Of a stretch of DNA of 32,000 nt, positions 9,866 through 19,742 are shown in pieces (position 1 is the first letter of the stretch; the number at the start of each line of letters is the position of its first letter). Origin of the DNA: Archaeoglobus fulgidus DSM 4304 (GTDB taxonomy: Archaea > Halobacteriota > Archaeoglobi > Archaeoglobales > Archaeoglobaceae); NCBI RefSeq assembly GCF_000008665.1, contig NC_000917.1, positions 660,001 to 692,000 of the forward strand, in the 5' to 3' direction. Below the pieces are notes generated by a model. It saw only the letters and a list, made by a program, of their open reading frames with translations. It was not told the DNA's origin and ran no database searches. The position numbers and the translations under genes are program-made.

Positions 9866-10590
9866 CCTGGTGTCCCGGATGCGGGAACTTCGCGATTCTC
9901 AAAGCCTTTGAGAGGGCAAGCAGGAGAGTAATCGAGGAGGGCTTTGACATTGCGGTCTCGTCTGGCATAGGGTGCCATGGAAAGATTTCAGACTACCTAA
10001 GTCTGCCGGGTTTCCACGTCATTCACGGCAGGGTTCCTCCTTTCCTCACCGGCCTGAAGCTTGCAAACCCCAATCTGGTGGTTGTTGGATTCTCAGGAGA
10101 TGGAGACGGGCTTAACGAGGGTGTGGAGCACCTCGTCCATGCGGCGAGAAGAAACACCGACATTACAATAATCCTTCACAACAACGGCGTTTTCGGGCTC
10201 ACAACCGGGCAGGTTACGGCAACCTCCCCCAGAGGCAGGAAAAGCAGGTCAACTCCCCGCGGAAATCCGGAGTATCCTCTAAACCCGTGCCATCTCATGC
10301 TCGTCAGCGGGGCCACGTTTGTCGCGAGGGTCTTTGCAGGGGAGCAGGAGAGGCTGTCGGAAGTTTTTTACAATGCAATGAAGCACAAAGGCTTCTCGTT
10401 TGTTGAGGTTATGCAGCCGTGCGTGAGCTTCAACAACTTCTGGGAAATGAGGAAGGAAATTTACTGGATTGAGAGGAGCAGCGACCTTCTCGAAGCCATG
10501 AAAAACTGCTCGGACGCAAAGGCCTGCGGAATTTTCTACGCTGAGGAGAAGGAAACTTACGAGGATGCGGTATGGAAGTCTACGTTTTGA
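9853..10590 (+). CDS. 2-oxoacid:ferredoxin oxidoreductase, beta subunit (TPP-binding)
   Basis: [14 protein letters not shown]; [13 protein letters not shown]; [23 protein letters not shown]; [19 protein letters not shown]. Confidence 0.93.
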   Translation: MVRITWCPGCGNFAILKAFERASRRVIEEGFDIAVSSGIGCHGKISDYLSLPGFHVIHGRVPPFLTGLKLANPNLVVVGFSGDGDGLNEGVEHLVHAARRNTDITIILHNNGVFGLTTGQVTATSPRGRKSRSTPRGNPEYPLNPCHLMLVSGATFVARVFAGEQERLSEVFYNAMKHKGFSFVEVMQPCVSFNNFWEMRKEIYWIERSSDLLEAMKNCSDAKACGIFYAEEKETYEDAVWKSTF

Positions 10591-11078
10591 GGCTGGGGCA
10601 CAGGCCGGAAAGGGACAAGCGGATCTCGACTCACGTTGCTCTGACAGCGAGAGCCTTCGGGGCTAAGGGAATATACTTCGATACTGAGGACAAATCCGTT
10701 TTTGAGAGTGTCAGAGACGTTGTGGAGAGGTGGGGAGGGGACTTCTTCATCAAGGCAGTGAGCTGGAAAAAGCTTCTAAGGGAGTTTGACGGGCTTAAGG
10801 TTCACTTGACGATGTACGGCATTCCCCTGCCTCAAAAGCTTGAAGAGATCAAGAGGGCTGATAAGGTTCTCGTGGTTGTTGGGGCGGAGAAGGTTCCGCC
10901 GGAGGTTTACGAGCTTTGCGACCTGAACATCTCAATCGGCACTCAGCCGCACAGCGAGGTTGCAGCACTTGCAGTGTTTCTCGACAGGGTTCTGGGCAAA
11001 GTCTTCGACATCAGCTTTGATGACGCAAAGATTAAGGTGATTCCGAGCGAGAGGGGAAAGAGAGTCGTTTCAGAGTAG
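10572..11078 (+). CDS. trm56: tRNA (cytidine56-2'-O)-methyltransferase, aTrm56 family (SPOUT)
   Basis: [29 protein letters not shown]; LTMYGIPL; [41 protein letters not shown]. Confidence 0.93.
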   Translation: MEVYVLRLGHRPERDKRISTHVALTARAFGAKGIYFDTEDKSVFESVRDVVERWGGDFFIKAVSWKKLLREFDGLKVHLTMYGIPLPQKLEEIKRADKVLVVVGAEKVPPEVYELCDLNISIGTQPHSEVAALAVFLDRVLGKVFDISFDDAKIKVIPSERGKRVVSE

Positions 11079-11339
11079 CTCTATCTCGATCTCGTCCTTT
11101 GTTGCCTCAATCCTTCTCAGCCTTTTGGCAATCTCGAACCTCAGCCTGTCCGGCACCCTTTCGTCGGCACTTTTCAGACCAACTTTGTCGAGGATGAAGC
11201 TGAATAGGAGGTTGCTGTTGTAGAAGAGCAGAGCCGAAAAGCCAAGGTCGAGGTAAAGCCTGAAGTTCTGCTCACCCATCATCAAATCGTATCCCCTTTC
11301 CCTCAGCCACTCCTCGAAGTCAGCAATCGATAGCTTCAC
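11070..11339 (-). CDS. Hypothetical protein (89 aa)
   Basis: Open frame filling the gap and overlapping trm56 convergently by 9 nt; no family recognised. Confidence 0.65.
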   Translation of the reverse strand: MKLSIADFEEWLRERGYDLMMGEQNFRLYLDLGFSALLFYNSNLLFSFILDKVGLKSADERVPDRLRFEIAKRLRRIEATKDEIEIELL

Positions 11340-11373
11340 GAATGCTTGTGGTGAGGGAGCTTTAAAAGCTTTG

Positions 11374-12840
11374 TCAGATTGCCCTGTAAACGCTGAAGTT
11401 CATGCAGGAGACGTCGGTGAGGGGCTCTCTGAACGCAAGGAACGCTGGAATCCTTTGCAACTCTGGTGTGGTCCAGAAGGTCCAGCATCTGACGACCATG
11501 GTCTCCACGAACTCCAGATTTGTCTTGTCCAGCCTCATGTCGTTGGTCGCGTTGACCACGATGTAATTTCCAGAGATGAAGCTTCTCCCCTCAACACCCG
11601 TCGTTATGAAGTAAGCCCTGTGGTCCCTGAGGTACCATGCAAGGGGCCAGTACTCTCCAACACTCGTGAAAACGTAAACCGTCTCATTTTTCGTTTTCTC
11701 CGCGAACTCTCTGACGTCGTACTGGGTTGGGAGGTAAAGGGCAGGCTCTGCAGGATTAACCGGGTTGATGTGGTTAACATGGATAGAACCGTAGGCTGAG
11801 AAGAGAATGCAAAGTGCGGCGAGCGCGGAAATCTTTTTTCCATCCAAATCAAGCCTGCTCAATCCGATTCCCGTGAGGAGATACATGGGGAAGAGGATGT
11901 GGACGTCGAGCCACGGAACCTTTTCCTGCATGTAGGAGAAGAAAATCAGACTGCTGAGGAACCAGTAGGCCGCAAAAGCCTCGAAGTTCGTTCTTTTCTT
12001 GATTATAACATACACCGCAAATGCTGCAGCCAGAAAGGCCGGCAAATCGTAGAGAAGGATGAGTTCGAGGTAGTAGTACCACGGTCCGGCAATTCTCGCT
12101 ATATCGTGCTGGTACTTCCAGTAGCTCACAGCTTTCACGGCCGGAAACTCTGAGAAGTTCGTCAGAGGGGTGGTGTAAGTGAAGAAATTGGTGTAAAAGG
12201 CCGAGTATATGGCGAAAAAAACCGCAATTGAAACTGCCAGATCGGAGAGCCTGAATTTTTTGACGTCAAAAATGAAGTACAGCAGGAAGATTGCCGCTAT
12301 TGGATAAAAGGTCTCCTTCAGCGTGGCGAAAAGAGCGAGGAAGGTAAAGGCCGCTACCAGCAGCAGCGTGTCCCTGTCCAGCTTGAAGTCTGTTAGCCTC
12401 TTCTCCCTTTCAAGGTACCTGAAAATGAAGTAAACGAAGAGGGCGGTGAAGAGAAGCTGGAAGATGTCCGCCCTGCAGAACCTCGAGTAGTTCACGATTA
12501 CCGCCGAAATCGTCACAAGAGTTGAGGCTATCAGCGCTGCCTTACTCCCAAGAAACCTTCTGTAGAGGAGGGGTGTAAGAGCCACAACCACGCCGGTAAT
12601 GGCGGGAAGGATGCGCAACGAAAACTCGCTTTCCCCCAGCAGCTTAACAGGAGCGTAGAGGATGTAGTAAAGCAAAGGGCCATGATAGGCGGGGTCGTAC
12701 CTGTAGGTTCCCTGAAAGAGGGATTTCAGAATCGTAGCGTGAATGCTCTCGTCGAAGAATAAGGGTGGGAGGGAGAGGTTGTAAAGCCTTATCAGAGATG
12801 CTATGATGAGCAGGACGATGACCGGGAGAGTTCTCCTCAT
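11374..12840 (-). CDS. Multi-membrane-spanning glycosyltransferase-like protein, flippase-associated Agl23 / GT39-like
   Basis: RLYNLSLPPLFFDESIHATILKSLFQGTYRYDPAYHGPLLYYILYAPVKLLGESEFSLRILPAITG; multiple hydrophobic helices; FFSYMQEKVPWLDVHILFPMYLL. Confidence 0.8.
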   Translation of the reverse strand: MRRTLPVIVLLIIASLIRLYNLSLPPLFFDESIHATILKSLFQGTYRYDPAYHGPLLYYILYAPVKLLGESEFSLRILPAITGVVVALTPLLYRRFLGSKAALIASTLVTISAVIVNYSRFCRADIFQLLFTALFVYFIFRYLEREKRLTDFKLDRDTLLLVAAFTFLALFATLKETFYPIAAIFLLYFIFDVKKFRLSDLAVSIAVFFAIYSAFYTNFFTYTTPLTNFSEFPAVKAVSYWKYQHDIARIAGPWYYYLELILLYDLPAFLAAAFAVYVIIKKRTNFEAFAAYWFLSSLIFFSYMQEKVPWLDVHILFPMYLLTGIGLSRLDLDGKKISALAALCILFSAYGSIHVNHINPVNPAEPALYLPTQYDVREFAEKTKNETVYVFTSVGEYWPLAWYLRDHRAYFITTGVEGRSFISGNYIVVNATNDMRLDKTNLEFVETMVVRCWTFWTTPELQRIPAFLAFREPLTDVSCMNFSVYRAI

Positions 12841-13087
12841 GAACGAAGGAGTTCAGGCCGATTTATATTTATTTTTTCGAGGTGGGTAAAGCTTCGTGTG
12901 GAAACAATTTTTAAATGAGCTAAGAAACTGCTTAATACCTAAAATCAACTTTAAAAAGTCTCCTCAATCACTTTTGTTCGGCAGGCGTATTTCAAAGCCT
13001 CCTTTACCCACAGTTACGAACAACTGAATGTCACATAACCCAAATCAATGTTCCCAGTTCCCTGCCCTTTACACTCCAATATGGCCG

Positions 13088-14227
13088 CTAACTACTACTT
13101 CGAAGCTTTCTCTTTGAAATTTCCTCCCTCACTGTCCTTACAAACTCCTGAACCTCCTTTGACTCCGTATCGTATATTCTCCAGCTCTTTGCCACCTTTT
13201 TCTTCTCAAGACTATCTTTTCCTACGAACTCGTAAAAAACACTGCTCCTGTAGAGGTAAAGTCCGACAGCACCGAGACCGAGCAGGAAAGCGGGAACTCC
13301 TATGCCAAGAACTCCCAGAGCTATAACCGCTCCCCCAACTGCAAGCAGCCTGACATCTCTTCCGGTAGAGAGGGTCAATCCGTCGATTTCGGAGTATGAC
13401 AGCTCTGCAAAATCCTCACCCTTTGTCGTTGCCCTGTACCTCAGAATTCTCGCGTTGGTTGCGTAAAACTCGTACCCCGTTAAGCTGTCCTTGCAATGCG
13501 ATAAAATCTCCTCCTCGGGAGAGAGGTAGTACCTGATTCCGCTTTTCACCTCCACCTCGTCGGAAGTAAGCTTCTCTATCAGCCTCTTCACCTCGCTGAC
13601 CTTCTGAGCCTTCTTCTTGAGGTAGTCCTCCACGTAGTCCTTTACCTCTCTGGAATGCTCGAGCAGAGCGTCGAAACCCTTCTTAGTGAGCTTAAAACCA
13701 TCCGATTTCTCCAGATAGCCATCCATTTCAAGTTTTTCAAGAAGTCTGTCCAGCTCGCTGGCCGAGATAGGAAGGAGAGTTTTGATATCAACGGAATGGC
13801 TCACACCTTCGGATATAAGGTAAAGGATTACTATCTCTGTCTTGCCCAGCTCAACAGGCTCAGCATTGCGCTCCTCCTCAAGCCTCTGCAGAAACAGCTT
13901 TGCTTCTCCAACCTTTCCTAATACATCCTCTTCGGAAATAAGCCTCTCAATTTCCTCTCTCGCGTCATCGTCCGAAGCGAGCGTTTCAATGTGCTTCCTC
14001 ACCTCGCTGACCATCTTCACGACCTCTTCATCCATTAAAACCTCAAAACCCCTCTTTGTCAGCTTGAGACCGTTTGAGTTTACCAGGTAACCCTCCTGCT
14101 CAAGATTTCTAATTATGCCCTCAACCTCGCTGTCCGAGATGGGAAGGACCGTCTTAAGCTCTTCAACACTACCTATACCTTCAGAAATCATGTAAAGCGT
14201 TACCGCCTCAGTTTTGCCAATCATCAT
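13088..14227 (-). CDS. Protein with two tandem winged-helix-like domains, a PH-like segment and a hydrophobic membrane hairpin
   Basis: Two alignable copies (residues about 1-63 and 125-188). C-terminal LTGYEFYATNARILRYR...LSYSEIDGLTLSTGR, then hydrophobic VRLLAVGGAVIALGVLGIGVPAFLLGLGAVGLYLY. Confidence 0.8.
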   Translation of the reverse strand: MMIGKTEAVTLYMISEGIGSVEELKTVLPISDSEVEGIIRNLEQEGYLVNSNGLKLTKRGFEVLMDEEVVKMVSEVRKHIETLASDDDAREEIERLISEEDVLGKVGEAKLFLQRLEEERNAEPVELGKTEIVILYLISEGVSHSVDIKTLLPISASELDRLLEKLEMDGYLEKSDGFKLTKKGFDALLEHSREVKDYVEDYLKKKAQKVSEVKRLIEKLTSDEVEVKSGIRYYLSPEEEILSHCKDSLTGYEFYATNARILRYRATTKGEDFAELSYSEIDGLTLSTGRDVRLLAVGGAVIALGVLGIGVPAFLLGLGAVGLYLYRSSVFYEFVGKDSLEKKKVAKSWRIYDTESKEVQEFVRTVREEISKRKLRSSS

Positions 14228-14292
14228 TAAAACTGCACTTCATACTTAAAAAATTTATTGACCAATCTCATAAAAATTATGATAACAATAAG

Positions 14293-16257
14293 TTACTCCT
14301 CACCATACACAGCAGCGTACACAAGCTCAGTGACGTCCATCACCGCCATCTGCTTGTCAGCTCCAACAGCCTTCACGCCATCCTCAAGCATTATCATGCA
14401 GAAGGGGCAGGCAACTGCCAGAATTTCCGCACCGGTTTCAGCAGCCTCCCTTGCCCTTATGTTGTTTGGCCTGTCCTCGCCCGGATACTCTCTAACCAAG
14501 TTTCCTCCACCACCGCCACAGCAGAAGCTCCTGTTCCTGTTCCTCGGCATCTCAACCAGCTCAACGCCCGGAATGGCTTTCAGAATCTCTCTTGGCAGCT
14601 CGTACATTCCGTTGTATCTGCCGAGGTAGCAGGGGTCGTGGAAGGTCACCCTCTTCTTCACCTCGTGCTTCAGCTGAAGTTTCCCCGACTTTATCGCATC
14701 GTAGATAATTTCGAGGATGAACTTGGCCTCGATACCTTCATACTCGTTCTTGAAGGTGTTGTAGCAGTGCGGGGAGGTTGCGAAGAGTCTCTCAACGCCG
14801 TACTTCTCGAAGGTCTGGTAGTTTTCCTCTCTAAGCAGCTGGAATAGCCCTTCCTCTCCAACCCTCCTTACGTCATTTCCGCAGCACCCCTCCTCCCTGC
14901 CGAGGATGGCGTAGTTGATGCCGATGTCCGAGAGCAGCCTGGCAAGCTTTATCGCAACCTGCTGGTTCCTGCTGTCGAAGCTGTGGCCGCAGCCCACAAA
15001 CCACAGCCACTCGAACTCCGGATTGTTTTTGACAGTCAGCACCTCCACATCGCTCTTCTTCACCCACTGATCCCTCTTGAACTTCGCCTCTCCCCACGGG
15101 TTCTTCTGCTTCTGCACGTTCGTCAGGAAGTCCCTTATATCTGGCGGTGTTTCAGCGCTCTCAACCAATCCCCTCCTCATCTCCCCGATTATCTCCATCT
15201 GCTCTATGTAAACCGGACACATCTCCATGCATGCCCTGCAAGTTGTGCACGCCCAAACTGCTTCCTCATCCAGAACATTGCCAACGAGCTCGAAATCACC
15301 GAGGTTGCCGGTAATGTCGGATTTCTGGTTGAGGCTCCTCCTGAGGTTCTGCATCAGGTACATGGGCGAGAGAGTTGTTCCGGAGTTAAACGCCGGACAG
15401 TTGTCCTGACACCTCCCGCAGCGCATGCATGCAAGGCTCGAAAGCAGGTCCCTCCACTGCAAATCTCTTGCACTTACAGCACCCATGTACTCCTCATCGC
15501 TAACTTCCCTTGCCCCAACTCTGTTCGTTTTCGTCAAAATATTGAGTGGTGCAGCTATGGCATGAAGGAGCTTCGTGTAGGGGACAAGGGCGATCAAAGT
15601 CAGGGCAAAGATGGAGTGGGCCACCCATACCGCCCTGTAAGCAGAGACATCAAAGGGCAGGGTTGAGGCGATTAATCCCCCAATAAAGGCGGTGTATGCG
15701 GGATAGCCCGACGCAATTCTCAATGCCTCTATTGCGAATCCGAGGAGGGCAACAATTAACAGCCCAAAAAGCACTCCGCCGTCATCATTGGCATATGGCC
15801 ACTTCTTTGCGAACCTTGTGGGTTTGACAATGTAGCGGTTCACGATTGCTATTAAAAGTCCTGTGAGAAACGCTAAGCCGGCAATGTCCATCAGGGCCTC
15901 ATGGATGAGGTAGAAGGTGCCCCTGAAAAAGTCCGACGTCACGTGGTCGGCAATTGTAAGAACCGCCGTACCGACGGTAAGGATGGCTACCCCCCAAAGA
16001 ATCAGCACATGCATCAAACCCATCTTGGCCTCACGCAGAAACAGGCGCACGAAGAAAACCGAGTCCTTCAAAGCTGTGATAATTCTTGCAGGAAGGTTAT
16101 CAAACCTGTTCTCATCGTTCCTGCCAGCTTTAATTATTCTGTACAGCCTGAAAAGGCCGAACAGGAAAACTATTCCAGCTACTATAAAGTAAAGGTAGTG
16201 AACCGTGACATGAAGCTCCTCAACACCCCAAAGAAGTTCTCTTGTCGGTTCGACCAT
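14293..16257 (-). CDS. Membrane-bound (Fe-S) oxidoreductase: N-terminal NarI/HdrE-like transmembrane region fused to HdrD/GlpC-like 4Fe-4S and CCG domains
   Basis: Four or more N-terminal helices; CMRCGRCQDNCPAF and CTTCRACMEMCPVY (4Fe-4S); EEGCCGND and RSFCCGGGGG (CCG domains). Confidence 0.9.
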   Translation of the reverse strand: MVEPTRELLWGVEELHVTVHYLYFIVAGIVFLFGLFRLYRIIKAGRNDENRFDNLPARIITALKDSVFFVRLFLREAKMGLMHVLILWGVAILTVGTAVLTIADHVTSDFFRGTFYLIHEALMDIAGLAFLTGLLIAIVNRYIVKPTRFAKKWPYANDDGGVLFGLLIVALLGFAIEALRIASGYPAYTAFIGGLIASTLPFDVSAYRAVWVAHSIFALTLIALVPYTKLLHAIAAPLNILTKTNRVGAREVSDEEYMGAVSARDLQWRDLLSSLACMRCGRCQDNCPAFNSGTTLSPMYLMQNLRRSLNQKSDITGNLGDFELVGNVLDEEAVWACTTCRACMEMCPVYIEQMEIIGEMRRGLVESAETPPDIRDFLTNVQKQKNPWGEAKFKRDQWVKKSDVEVLTVKNNPEFEWLWFVGCGHSFDSRNQQVAIKLARLLSDIGINYAILGREEGCCGNDVRRVGEEGLFQLLREENYQTFEKYGVERLFATSPHCYNTFKNEYEGIEAKFILEIIYDAIKSGKLQLKHEVKKRVTFHDPCYLGRYNGMYELPREILKAIPGVELVEMPRNRNRSFCCGGGGGNLVREYPGEDRPNNIRAREAAETGAEILAVACPFCMIMLEDGVKAVGADKQMAVMDVTELVYAAVYGEE

Positions 16258-16463
16258 TTCACCACCCCCTTTCGTTTTTTTGGAAGAAATCGGAGTGATA
16301 TTTTAAATTTTTGTGTATGAAAGATTTCGCTGTATTCGAAATACGTGTAATTATTTTGAACTCAACGGAGCTAGAATCGAGTTAAAGATGAGTCTGAATT
16401 GAGTACGAATAGGTTTTGAAAAAATTTCGAAAACGTTATTACCTTCCCATCATTGACTTTGCT

Positions 16464-17432
16464 ATGGAGCACGTGGTTTATGTTGTTGGACACAAGAATC
16501 CCGATACAGACAGCGTCTGTTCTGCAATTGCCTTTGCCTATCTCTGGAACAAGTGGAAAGAGGGCGGAAATGTGGCCAAGATGATGAAGATTGAGGCTGA
16601 AGCGAAACCAGTAATCCAGGGAGATGTGAATCCGGAAACGAAGTACGTTCTTGAGAAGTTTGGGTTTGAAGTGCCTGAGATTATGACGAACGGTGAGGGC
16701 AAGAAGGTTGCCCTCGTTGACCACAGCGAGAAGGCACAGACCGTCGACGGCATAGACAAGGCTGAGGTTGTTGCAATCGTTGACCACCACAAAATCGGGG
16801 ATGTTACCACCCCACAGCCAATACTCTTCGTCAACCTGCCTGTAGGGTGCACTGCAACTGTCATAAAGCTGCTGTTCGACAAGACGGGAGTTGAGATTCC
16901 AAAGGATATTGCCGGAATTCTGCTCTCCTCGATACTGAGCGATACGGTAATATTCAAGTCGGCGACAACAACCGAGCTTGACAAGGAGGTTGCAGAGGAG
17001 CTCGCGAAGATTGCAGGAATTGATGACTTGACGAAGTTCGGAGTGGAGATCAAGGCCAAGCTTTCCGCAGTTGACGATTTGACGGCCATGGACATCATAA
17101 AGAGGGACTACAAGGACTTCGACATGAGCGGGAAGAAGGTTGGTGTGGGTCAGATTGAGCTTGTTGACCTCTCGCTAATAGAAAGCAGGATTGACGAGAT
17201 TTACGAGGCAATGAAGAAGATGAAGGAGGAGGGCGGCTACGCCGGAATCTTCCTGATGCTGACCGACATAATGAAAGAGGGCACAGAGTTGCTGGTGGTT
17301 ACAGACTATCCGGAAGTTGTCGAGAAGGCCTTCGGAAAGAAGCTTGAGGGCAAGAGCGTGTGGCTGGATGGTGTGATGAGCAGGAAAAAGCAGGTTGTAC
17401 CGCCCCTCGAAAAAGCCTTCGCTGAACTCTAA
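16464..17432 (+). CDS. ppaC: Manganese-dependent inorganic pyrophosphatase (DHH family)
   Basis: VVGHKNPDTDSVCSAIAFAYLWN; VALVDHSEKAQT; VAIVDHHKIGDV; SSILSDTVIFKSATTTELDK; WLDGVMSRKKQVVPPL. ATG 16464. Confidence 0.93.
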   Translation: MEHVVYVVGHKNPDTDSVCSAIAFAYLWNKWKEGGNVAKMMKIEAEAKPVIQGDVNPETKYVLEKFGFEVPEIMTNGEGKKVALVDHSEKAQTVDGIDKAEVVAIVDHHKIGDVTTPQPILFVNLPVGCTATVIKLLFDKTGVEIPKDIAGILLSSILSDTVIFKSATTTELDKEVAEELAKIAGIDDLTKFGVEIKAKLSAVDDLTAMDIIKRDYKDFDMSGKKVGVGQIELVDLSLIESRIDEIYEAMKKMKEEGGYAGIFLMLTDIMKEGTELLVVTDYPEVVEKAFGKKLEGKSVWLDGVMSRKKQVVPPLEKAFAEL

Positions 17433-17509
17433 TTTTTTATAAATTTTTGCTGGATTCATTTTATCAAGACCAAAAGGTTAAAAAAGGTTTGTGACCATTA
17501 GATATATTT

Positions 17510-18043
17510 GTGAAAGCTGAGACGACGACTGGTGTAGAGGAGCTGCTGAACGAGCTTGTTGGGAGGGCCGCTGGTGAGGTTGGTTTGATTCTCTTTTCGC
17601 TTGGCATTGAGGGTGAGTTTACCGATGACCAGCTTTCCCTTGAACTCGGAATAGAGATTAACGAGATAAGAAAGGCTCTGTTTGCGCTATACGAAATAGG
17701 TCTGGCGGACTACGTGAGGAGAAGGGACGACGAGACAGGGTGGATGGAGTACTACTGGCGGATAAACTACGACAAAGCGCTGGACGTGCTCAAAAGGGAG
17801 CTTGAGAAGACTGCAAAAAAGCTGAGGGAGAAAATAGAGGCCGAGACGAGCACCATCTACTACATTTGCCCCAACATGTGCGTCAAAGTTTCGTATAACG
17901 ATGCGATGGAGCTCAACTTCACCTGCCCACGCTGCGGGGCGATGCTTGACTACCTGGACTGCAGCAAGGCTATAGAGAAGATTGAGGAGGAAGTGAGGAG
18001 GATAGAGGAGATTCTGGAGTCTTTAGATAAAAATTCGGGTTAG
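17510..18043 (+). CDS. tfe: Transcription initiation factor E subunit alpha
   Basis: N-terminal winged helix; MEYYWRINYDKALDVLKREL; zinc ribbon YYICPNMCVKVSYNDAMELNFTCPRCGAMLDYLD. GTG start. Confidence 0.95.
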   Translation: MKAETTTGVEELLNELVGRAAGEVGLILFSLGIEGEFTDDQLSLELGIEINEIRKALFALYEIGLADYVRRRDDETGWMEYYWRINYDKALDVLKRELEKTAKKLREKIEAETSTIYYICPNMCVKVSYNDAMELNFTCPRCGAMLDYLDCSKAIEKIEEEVRRIEEILESLDKNSG

Positions 18044-18957
18044 GTGGAAAACAAAACTTGTCTGAATATAACAATAATTTCGTGAACGTTGCTAAGTTTA
18101 ATGCTTGCCATCGCATTTTCCGAGTTCGAGCATCTGCGGTAGGACGTTTTAGTATCATCCAAGGTTGTGTTAAAAACGTCTCCACTCCTCTCAAAAAACC
18201 TGCACCAAGCATCCTTGTTTTCCGTACCCCTCAAAATTACATAGGCATCGTTGAAGTCCTGCCCAAGGTTGCTGACGCTTATTAAGCTCACATTGCTGTT
18301 TCCCTCATTCAAAACAAACCTAAATCTCCCTGAGCCCCCTATGGACAGCTCACCATCCAGCAAAGGAATTGTCATTACGAGAAATCTTTTTCCTGGTGTG
18401 GAGAGGGTTGCGTTGTAGAGAATTCTCGGCTCGTATAGCAACTTTGAGTAATCCTGGTTAGAGTACTTTGAAAAAACGCTTCCCGCTTCCAGCGTTAAAA
18501 ACCAGTCCTTGTATCTGTAAACAATTTTTCCGATGGTGTGGTTAAGGGTGCACGCTGAGAAGTTGTAACCGGTGTGAGTGCAGGCAGTATAAAGCCTTCC
18601 AGTGGAGAGGTTTATGCACAATGGAACGGAATTTGGAACTCTGCCGCACGGCAAGTTTGAGGGATTCGTTTCAGTGTAGTTGACGAATGCTACAATGAAC
18701 TCCGGATCACTTTTGTCAAGAGTTAAGGTCCCTCCCTGCAGTTCTATTTCAACCGCCTGAGAAGGAACCTCTCCAAAGGAAACGGAATGGATGATGTACT
18801 GTATCTTCTTGAAGCTCTGCTCCAGACTCTGCGACATGACGCTCCTCTTCATGTCCTCCGTCATGGTGTTAACCTGAACAAAAACAATGGCAAGTACGGC
18901 CATCACAATTCCAAAGATGTACATGTAGCCCAGAATCTCCGATACGGCCTTGCTCAT
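18040..18957 (-). CDS. Archaeal prepilin-like secreted/surface protein
   Basis: Short leader MSKA, then VSEILGYMYIFGIVMAVLAIVFVQ; large extracytoplasmic-looking C-terminus with many N-x-S/T sequons. Confidence 0.8.
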   Translation of the reverse strand: MSKAVSEILGYMYIFGIVMAVLAIVFVQVNTMTEDMKRSVMSQSLEQSFKKIQYIIHSVSFGEVPSQAVEIELQGGTLTLDKSDPEFIVAFVNYTETNPSNLPCGRVPNSVPLCINLSTGRLYTACTHTGYNFSACTLNHTIGKIVYRYKDWFLTLEAGSVFSKYSNQDYSKLLYEPRILYNATLSTPGKRFLVMTIPLLDGELSIGGSGRFRFVLNEGNSNVSLISVSNLGQDFNDAYVILRGTENKDAWCRFFERSGDVFNTTLDDTKTSYRRCSNSENAMASIKLSNVHEIIVIFRQVLFST

Positions 18958-19742
18958 GTGACCTCAACCCTCGTGAAAATTATGCTGATGTCGCCACTGG
19001 CTTTCTTAATTTTTATCGTGTTGTCGATGCAGTCATCATCCTCGAAATCAGCGGGCTTTGACGGAACGTCGTTTAGCGCTTTTTCGAAAGATTTTTTCCA
19101 TATATCGCAGAATTCCGACTTAAGTTCAAAGGAGGTTACGTTGCTGAAAATTGTTGTGAAGTTGTGTTTGAAGTTGATAGTGATTTTTTGTCCTCCGGCA
19201 GAGTAATCTCCTATAAAGTCGTAGATTGACAGGTATAGCGTGTCGTTGGTGACTATGATGTCAGGTTCGGATATGGGAATAGGATTTACCGAGCCATACT
19301 CCTTAACGAATATTCCCGACTCGAACACGATTTCCCTTCCTGCGATTTCAATGTTAAGCGTATGCGTGTACCAGTCAACCTCTATGTCGTGAGCAGCATG
19401 AATGATTGCATTGATGTTAGGATTAGGATTTCCCTGCAACCCGGGTGGGAGTTCGGTAGTAAAAACTGTGAAATTGAAAAATCTCGCATTCGACATGCTC
19501 CCACCGTTGAGCTGAATAACTTTAGACGTTGCAACCTCACTGCCGTACTTCATTCTCTGCACAATTTCCTTGATTTCGGCCATGTTTTTTACGGCGTTCT
19601 GGTAGTTCACGTTGTCTATGGAGTTTGCTATAACTGGATGCGAGATTACGTAGATTATTCCGGCTGCGGTGACTATGACTACAACTGTAAGTAGTGCTCC
19701 CACAACTTCTGAAACGCCGTTGTTATTCAAGTGATATAGCAC
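18954..19742 (-). CDS. Archaeal pilin-like protein; GTG 19742 start or, more likely, TTG 19730
   Basis: NNNG-VSEVVGALLTVVVIVTAAGIIYV resembles the archaeal pilin N-terminus. The GGGAGGTG Shine-Dalgarno-like sequence overlaps GTG 19742 and lies upstream of TTG 19730. Confidence 0.82.
   Translation of the reverse strand: MLYHLNNNGVSEVVGALLTVVVIVTAAGIIYVISHPVIANSIDNVNYQNAVKNMAEIKEIVQRMKYGSEVATSKVIQLNGGSMSNARFFNFTVFTTELPPGLQGNPNPNINAIIHAAHDIEVDWYTHTLNIEIAGREIVFESGIFVKEYGSVNPIPISEPDIIVTNDTLYLSIYDFIGDYSAGGQKITINFKHNFTTIFSNVTSFELKSEFCDIWKKSFEKALNDVPSKPADFEDDDCIDNTIKIKKASGDISIIFTRVEVT

Noticed and set aside
11371-11799. 142-aa plus-strand ORF in the Agl23-like gene
   Set aside because: Completely antisense to a strongly supported membrane protein gene and with no recognisable family.
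12841-13087. 247-nt gap checked for tRNA, CRISPR or sRNA
   Set aside because: No cloverleaf, no regularly spaced repeats and no convincing box motifs; only promoter-like AT runs.
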